NCBI GenBank assembly: GCA_043228905.1
Contig: JBHGNT010000762.1
Location: 1-16,080 of the forward strand
Length of the DNA: 16,080 bases
From: Azolla caroliniana
Lineage: Eukaryota > Plantae > Polypodiophyta
Reading direction: 5' to 3'
Within the stretch, counting starts at the first letter, position 1. Each line of letters opens with the position of its first letter. The translations under genes and the position numbers were made by a program. This document shows positions 10,001 through 16,080 of the stretch, piece by piece. The notes under the pieces were generated by a model, which was given only the letters and a program-made list of their open reading frames with translations, was not told the origin of the DNA and ran no database searches.

Positions 10001-11638
10001 TCGGCAATATGCCGACTGAAGAAGTCCCTTTACGGACTGAAGCAAGCCTCGCGTGCCTGGAACGCGAAGATCACGCAACAACTGCGTCGGTTGGGCTTCG
10101 TCACGTCAAAATCGGACTCTTCCCTGTTCATCCGGAAAGGTCGACTCGGACCGGTTAGTATTTTACTGTATGTTGATGACTTGGTCATCACCGGCGCCGA
10201 CCTAGGTGAAATCGACCACGTGAAGCTCCAACTTGCGGCATCGTTCGACATGAAGGATCTGGGAGACCTTCATTACTTCCTTGGGATCGAAGTGATCCGT
10301 ACCCCCGAAGGCATATTGATCAGCCAATGTCATTACGTGCTGAGTATGCTCTTCAAATTTGGGATGGCCGACTCTAAGTCTATCTCGACTCCTCTGGACA
10401 GAACCGTCAAGCTTCGTCCCGATACGGGAAAGGTATGCGACCCGACGAGGTTCCGACAAATTGTCGGAAGCCTTATATACTTGACCATCACCCGACCCGA
10501 CCTCAGTTATCCGGTCGGGGTGATCAGTCAGTTCATGGCGCGACCTGCTGAGGAGCACCTTCAGTGTGCGCAACGCATACTTCGGTATGTCAACGGCACT
10601 AAGGACCGGGGACTGCTATATCGGACCGGTGCAGCCACGCGGTTAGTCGGCTACACCGATGTTGATTGGGATGGCAACGCCGCCAATCGCCGATCCACGT
10701 TTGGATACGCGTTCTCCCTCGGGAGTGCCACGATCGCGTGGAGCAGTAAGAAGCAGCCGACAGTTGCACTGTCGAGCACCGAAGCCGAGTACCGAGGAAC
10801 GGCTGTCGCGACATGCGAAGCCATATGGTTGAAGCGGCTACTTAAGGACCTGCGAGAGGAGGTGTCCGATCCAACGACGATCTACTACGACAACCTCAGT
10901 AGCATCCAGCTCGCGAAGAAACCCGTTTTCCACGCACGAACCAAGCACATTGAGGTGCATTACCATTTCGTCCGTGAGCGTGTCCTTTCTGGTGAAGTCG
11001 AACTTCAGTATGTGCCGACAGATCGGCAGACTGCCGACATCTTCACAAAGCCTCTTGGTCTGGACAAGTTGCGGCAATTCTCAGGTGCGCTCGGGTTGCG
11101 TCACCTCGATGTGCCGAGCTTGAGGGGGAGAACAGTCCCGAACGACCAAGCAAGGCAGCAGGAAAGGAGCGGAGATCGTGACACTGAGTTCGAGTTCGGA
11201 TCGGCTGAAGAAGCCGAGGGCGGACCCACGGAAAAGTCTGGAAGCGGACAGACGGGGAGCAACCGAAGGAGAGAGCCAAAGCCAACCACGCATGCGGAGG
11301 ATGACGCCATCGAGGGCGAGAAGACCGAAGACGAGTTGGAGACAGCCAACTCGGACGAGAGTGAAGACCGATCGGAGGTAGCTGAGTCGGTTCGGATGTT
11401 TGATTCAGACACGCTGAATCAATCGAGGCCTAAGCGGAAGAAAAGGCAGCAGAAGAAGCGTCAACACTGCAACAGCAGAAGAGCTGATAAGGGCCACATG
11501 AGCAGACAAGCCGACTGGAAGGGTCGAAGCGCGCGGAGTCGAACAGGTCGAGGAGCGCGAGCGAGGCGAGAAGCCAGGAGGAACCGGTGCTGTGAAGATC
11601 CTGAAGAGCCTCAAGTTGAGCTTGAGGGGGAGTGTTGA
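7086..11638 (+). pseudogene. gag-pol: gag-pol polyprotein pseudogene of Copia D
   Basis: Gag KLDRSNY..W, knuckle CWYCGKKGHRESEC, protease WYVDSGAS, IN LWHKRIGH/CEAC/HSDVWGP and KGY, RT QMDVKNAFL/YVDD, RNase H EAEY/ADIFTK. Stops at 7521, 8541, 8900, 9010 and a frameshifting deletion near 8747. The RT-RH frame 9071-11638 is open. Confidence 0.95.
11624..11632 (+). other. Polypurine tract of Copia D
   Basis: GAGGGGGAG directly before the TG of the 3' LTR. Confidence 0.9.
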
Positions 11639-12018
11639 GAGACAAGCTCAACATCGGCCGGATCGGCTGAAGAAGCCGAGGACCGGATCGGTTGGGACCG
11701 ATCGGTTAGGCCGAGTGCATAAACCGGGAGGTCGTTAGGAAAGATATTCCGTGAGGAATATATTTGGGAGTTAGTGTAGGAGCTCTTGATGAGCATTGAA
11801 GTACTGTCAGTACTTCGGTCAGTCCTTCTAGGACTTGTATAAAAGTGCTCACTGAGCACGTCTTATGTACAGACTGAGTGTTATTGTTGAATATAGTTTT
11901 TTGTGTTTCTCTCTCTGTCTCTCCTGCGTATACCGTGTAAGCTCAAGCTCTCCATTAAACCTGAGTTTCCTCTCTTCTGTTCGGTCTTCATACTTGCTTC
12001 CGCACGCTACTTTCTACA
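11633..12018 (+). repeat. 3' LTR of Copia D
   Basis: 383/386 identical to the 5' LTR by manual alignment; followed by TSD AAACC. Confidence 0.97.
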
Positions 12019-12023
12019 AAACC

Positions 12024-12056
12024 GATAACCCTAATCTAACGGTATACCCTCTAACA
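12024..12056 (-). mobile_element. Orphan LTR C, right part
   Basis: 33 bp between the Copia TSD and CTAACA, the inverted match to TGTTA at 6159. Confidence 0.6.
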
Positions 12057-12703
12057 CAAAATGGGCAACGCTGCATGGAAGCTATACAATGCAACAATCG
12101 CTCTTCATGTTTTTTTGTCAGTGTGGCTTTCTGTTTTGCAATTTGTTGAGTCAACACAGATGTCCGAGTTGGGATTTCAATATGAGAGGTACCCTCAGAC
12201 TTCATGGTAGTGTTGGTACTTGAGGACCCTCTATAATGTGATGATCGATGATGAGCAAAATCTTCCCAATCAACTTCAATGCCACCATGGAGTTCACATG
12301 CAAATGCACGTGCAAAGACAGATCCTACCTCATTGTTTAGGATATGTTTCGTATCATAAACTTGTTCATACCATGACTTTAGTTCAGTGATATAATCCTT
12401 CTTCAATTAAGTGAGGTGGAAACCTCTCCGTGACTCGAGCGGTGATGAGCCCCAAGTTTGCTTCATCCACATGTCTACGTCTTCATAAGTGTCAGGTCGT
12501 GCACGAAGGAAATAACCCCATCCCAATTTTGAACCTCGAAGGATGTTTGTGTGAACCTTTTTGCCCTGAGTTGCTGAAAACCCTGACCTCCCTTTGGCGG
12601 GGGTCATCTTACTTTCTTTGATGGGGGTCCTTTTTCTTTCCTTGCATTGTGTGATGAAATTTTCGGTGACCATTTTCTTCTTTGTGGGTGTCTTCCTTGT
12701 CAT
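12057..12703 (-). pseudogene. Decayed ORF of unknown function, truncated by LTR C
   Basis: ORFs 12407-12703 and 12014-12406 are in one frame, separated by one TAA. Basic N-terminus, then a globular-looking segment (WYEQVY...NNEV...FARAFACE..G..VDWEDFA). Family not recognised with certainty. Confidence 0.45.
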
Positions 12704-13197
12704 GTGAATCCCGTCTCTCTTCTTTGCCTCACATGCACAACAATAGTAAATAACAGTAAATCATGCACAACAATAGTAAACAAAATTAAATAATATACAA
12801 TTCAAGGAGATGTCGGATATGAAACATAATGTTAACACCCGATACTTGACATATACACATATTGTCCGACTCTCAAATTCAAGCATATGCATGTACAACG
12901 TGCTCAAATGATCAAATGATCAAGGGAGACCAACAACAACAACAACAAAACCCTCAATGATAATAATAGATAGAATCAAACATACAGATAAACATGTCCC
13001 AAACATCATTATGGTTACAGATGTAAGAAACAGATAGAAAATGACAAAAATAGATAGAATCAAACATGCAAATATAGTGTAAAACAAGTACCAAATGTCG
13101 TTGTCGAAGTCTTTGAAAAGGGGACATGATTGAAACACACCAGGTAGAGGGAACCAGGTATGAGGGAACACTTGGAGGTAGAGGGAACACGACTAGC

Positions 13198-13650
13198 AAA
13201 CCCTAAACCGATGCGAAGAGGACATGGTGTGCAGACCACACTTCAAAGAACCCTTGAGAGAGAGAACATGGCCAACAGAGGAAAGCTCGAGAACATGGCC
13301 AATAGAGGACACAATATAGTGGTTGAGAGAAAGAATACTTGAGAGAGAGGACACAGTTGAAGACCTGATGTCGATGCAACGAGGACACAGTACAACACTT
13401 GATGTCGATGTAACGACGACACAGAACAACGAGGTCACAACGTACTGTTGTTGCAAAGAGGACACGACAGGTAGGGAATGGGTTTAGGGTTTGTAGAGTG
13501 AGCAGAGAACATGGAGAAACCTATGCAGAAGTTGGAAGAGAGAGGGAGGGAGGGAGGGAGGGGGGTACGAACGTAATGAATTCTCGAGTAGAAGGGGGAA
13601 GGAAAGAGTGCGAGAGAGAAGAGGTACGAACCTAGGGAATTACCAAGTGT

Positions 13651-13689
<39 letters not shown>

Positions 13690-13781
13690 AACTGACTAAC
13701 TGACTGATAGTTCGACATAAACTTGTTAATTGCCAAGAGAGATAGAGTGGATGATTGACTGATGACTCGAGATCTTATATA
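13198..13781 (-). promoter_or_regulatory. Putative Pol II promoter and 5' leader for the 12703 ORF
   Basis: Minus-strand TATATAA (13775-13781) followed by (CT)n and CT-rich tracts and telo-box motifs AAACCCTAA (13198-13206 on +, 13484-13492 on -). Confidence 0.4.
13653..13686. repeat. (AG)17 microsatellite
   Basis: Perfect dinucleotide run. Confidence 0.95.
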
Positions 13782-14103
13782 GTTAAGACCTCCTTAACAC
13801 ATTACCTAGGATTTTAACACAAGTGATGTTTATTTGTATTTAAATACTATTTTCATTGAATGTGACTTTTAGTTTTAAGACAAGTGAATACTCCCAATTC
13901 TAAATATATACTTTGTTTAAACAATATGTCCAATTTCCCTACACACAATGGAAGCAAAAACAAGTTTATTCTCTAACCACAATACAATGACCATCCAACC
14001 TAGAATAACCGCAAACAACATGAAGAGATCGCAATTCGGGAATTCCTTGGCACTCCTAGGTCTTCTCCCTATTTACTTCATCTATCTTCACTTCTCAAAT
14101 TCA

Positions 14104-14865
14104 TGTTGTCGTGCCTTTCAGCGCCGGATCGTTGCGTGAGTCGGGTGGGAACTATTGGGGTTTTGGACTAGGAGGAGGAAGACTTTGAGGAAATCTAGTT
14201 ATGAGTAGATTATAAGAAAGAAAGATAGAAATTCGTGAATCCCACGAATATAGTTTTTTAGTTTTATTAATATTTAACCCTAATTATACTTTGGAATAGA
14301 TTGGAATCGATAGGAATAGATTGGAAAAGAGAAATCGAAAACTTCGTGGATCCCATGAGTAGTATATTAATCAATATTTAGACCCTAATAATCACCCCAT
14401 AATTTATTTATTTATTTTTTCCCCCTTTATTACATTGTGCTGCATATCCTTGTATTGTGATGAGAGAGTCTTAGCAATCCATGCTTTTTCTCTAACTATG
14501 GACTCCATGCTTTCTCTATCTATAGACTATATGCTTTCTCTAACATGTTTTTTATCGACTATAGAGTTTATGCATGCCAAATGTGCATGTGTAGCTTTTT
14601 TTCTATCATGCGTTTTTCTTCTAACTAAAGCTTTTTCCTAGAAAATACGCGTGAACTAACGTTTCTATATGGGATATCTACTTTTTTAACACTCATGATG
14701 TGTTAGTGTAATGGTATGCCTTTAAATTATTAACATAGAGGTACAAGGTTTGAATCTTGTCCTATGCATGTAATATATATTTTACTAATTCTTTCTTTTT
14801 CTTCATATTTATTCAATCGGTTATTTTATATGTTTTTCACATAGTGTACGAATTACACTACAACA
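14104..14865 (-). repeat. 3' LTR of element F (~762 bp)
   Basis: TGTTGT...ACAACA 6-bp inverted termini; PPT adjacent; internal direct repeats GGAATAGATTGGAA (14293, 14313) and TTCGTGRATCCCAYGA (14232, 14343). The 14104 boundary is inferred from the terminal match only. Confidence 0.65.
14704..14765 (+). promoter_or_regulatory. Degenerate tRNA-like A-box/B-box cassette in U3 of LTR F, antisense to the element
   Basis: A box TAGTGTAATGG (14704-14714) and B-like GGTTTGAATC (14747-14756, C>T at the conserved C); 44-nt T8-G53 spacing; aligns with 3143-3205. Confidence 0.5.
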
Positions 14866-16078
14866 CCCGCCCCCTTTGAACCCGCACATCCTCCGATATG
14901 TGCCGAAGTTGTAATAGCTCGTTATTCTCCTTCATCCGCAATACCCTCTGTTTCTCTTGGAATGTTGACTTTGTCTCTCCACTTTGAGCACATCCATTCC
15001 TTCCACTCGAACCATTGTCGCCATCCAATCCACCATATTCTTTGTTCACTCTTTCCATTGCCATGACCGATTGTCATGCCTCCTTGTGCTCCTCTTGACC
15101 ATAACCCTTCATGTCTTGTGCGTTCCGACCGTCTCCTTGGTCTAGACACTCTGCACTTCGTCCACCTCCGTTGTACAATCTTGCGTTAGAGTTGACAATC
15201 TTTATGTTAGAGCCCTCCTTCGTTGACGAGATCTCATCCTGGGTAACACCCTTCAAATCCGCTTGGCCCTTGTCGTCCGTGGTAGTGTACCTACTTGGCC
15301 TCTTCCTCATGTTCACCGGCCTCGATTGTTTCGACCTTTGGTTGAGTCGTATTAGCTTCTTTCCGGATCGGTCTTGTCTAATCGGCCTTCAGCTAGGTCA
15401 ACTTCCATTCAAATTCACGTTCGGCCGAATCAGACTCGGTTGATCGGTTTCGACCGAGTTGGCCCCCTTCCGGGTCAAGTTCGACCCATCAGTTTCGGTC
15501 TGGGTTGACTTCCTTTTCCTCGTGTTCATCGGTCTCGACCGGTTCGACCTCTGATTGAGTCGGATTTGCTTCTTTCCGATTCGGTCTCATTTGATCGGCT
15601 TCCAGTTCAAACGATTTCCGTTCGGGTCGTGCTCGACCATTCGAATTTCAGCCAAATCCACTTCCGCTTGGTTCGACTTTCGTTTAGATCAGAATTTCAG
15701 ATGGATAATCTTCCATCGGAACTGCCTTCCGACTTTACCTTCCTTGCCGCCATCTCCCGTCTCTTCGGTCTCATGTTGGTTCTCGGACACAACCGCCGAA
15801 GTCTCTAAAATTAGTGGGCAGGAATCCTCGATATTATCGCCCTCCATTGTTTCATCCATGCCCACCTTCTCCACTATCTCTCCATCGTATGTATTGGCTT
15901 AGACCTTTGTTTTGTCTCCACCACCTTCCATCTCTTTGGTCTCACATTGTCTTTCAAACGCAACCACCGAAATCTCTGGAATTAGTGGTGGGAAAGTCTC
16001 GATATGGCCATCCGCCATTGACTCGTCCATAGCCACCTCCGATTTGATGTCATCTTTCGTGGCTACCTCCTCAATCAC
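14858..16078 (-). pseudogene. Decayed, highly charged 3' ORF of element F with internal repeats
   Basis: ORFs 15689-15874, 15074-15316 and 14858-15064 share one frame. Manual translation gives about 400 codons with six internal TAA/TGA stops and no frameshift, ending QRGRVL* across the PPT/LTR junction. Confidence 0.6.
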
Positions 16079-16080
16079 GT

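Larger units (their letters stand above)
6616..12018 (+). mobile_element. Ty1/Copia LTR retrotransposon D, two LTRs with TSD, coding-defective
   Basis: 386-bp TG...CA LTRs at both ends; 5-bp TSD AAACC (6611-6615, 12019-12023); PBS; PPT; Copia domain order GAG-PR-IN-RT-RH. Confidence 0.98.
14104..16080 (-). mobile_element. 3' end of LTR retrotransposon F (superfamily undetermined; continues past the window)
   Basis: Decayed minus-strand ORF running into PPT AAAGGGGGCGGG (14866-14877) and then an LTR starting TGTTGT. Confidence 0.7.

Noticed and set aside
14832-14865. CACTA-like termini (CACTATGTGAAAA on -, CACTACAA on +)
   Set aside because: Both belong to a hairpin at the start of LTR F. 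The adjacent PPT and the TGTTGT...ACAACA termini explain them better, and there is no partner TIR or transposase.

Overview
Eukaryotic repeat region, most likely from a non-seed land plant such as a moss (inferred from the element types). It has no intact host gene and is a nest of LTR retrotransposons. Element A is a decayed Ty3/Gypsy (+; 5' LTR 558-1099, tRNA-Arg-type PBS, gag with three zinc knuckles). It is cut at 2800 by element B, a Tcn1-like chromovirus (-; 3' LTR 2801-3212, pol with RT-RH-IN-chromodomain). B is truncated at 6158 by an orphan ~490-bp LTR, C (6159-6615 + 12024-12056, flanks not duplicated). A young Ty1/Copia, D, inserted into C (6616-12018, AAACC TSD, 386-bp LTRs differing at 3 sites). 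To the right lie an unassigned minus-strand pseudogene with a promoter-like region and the 3' end of another LTR element, F (-; LTR 14104-14865, PPT, long decayed repeat-containing ORF). Main observations: (1) a shared tRNA-like A-box/B-box cassette lies antisense in the U3 of two otherwise dissimilar LTRs (B and F); (2) Copia D has a duplicated PPT plus a U3 fragment inside a ~170-codon Pol C-terminal extension; (3) a perfect 4-unit heat-shock element sits beside the TATA box of the chromovirus LTR; (4) the young Copia lacks its integrase catalytic core.
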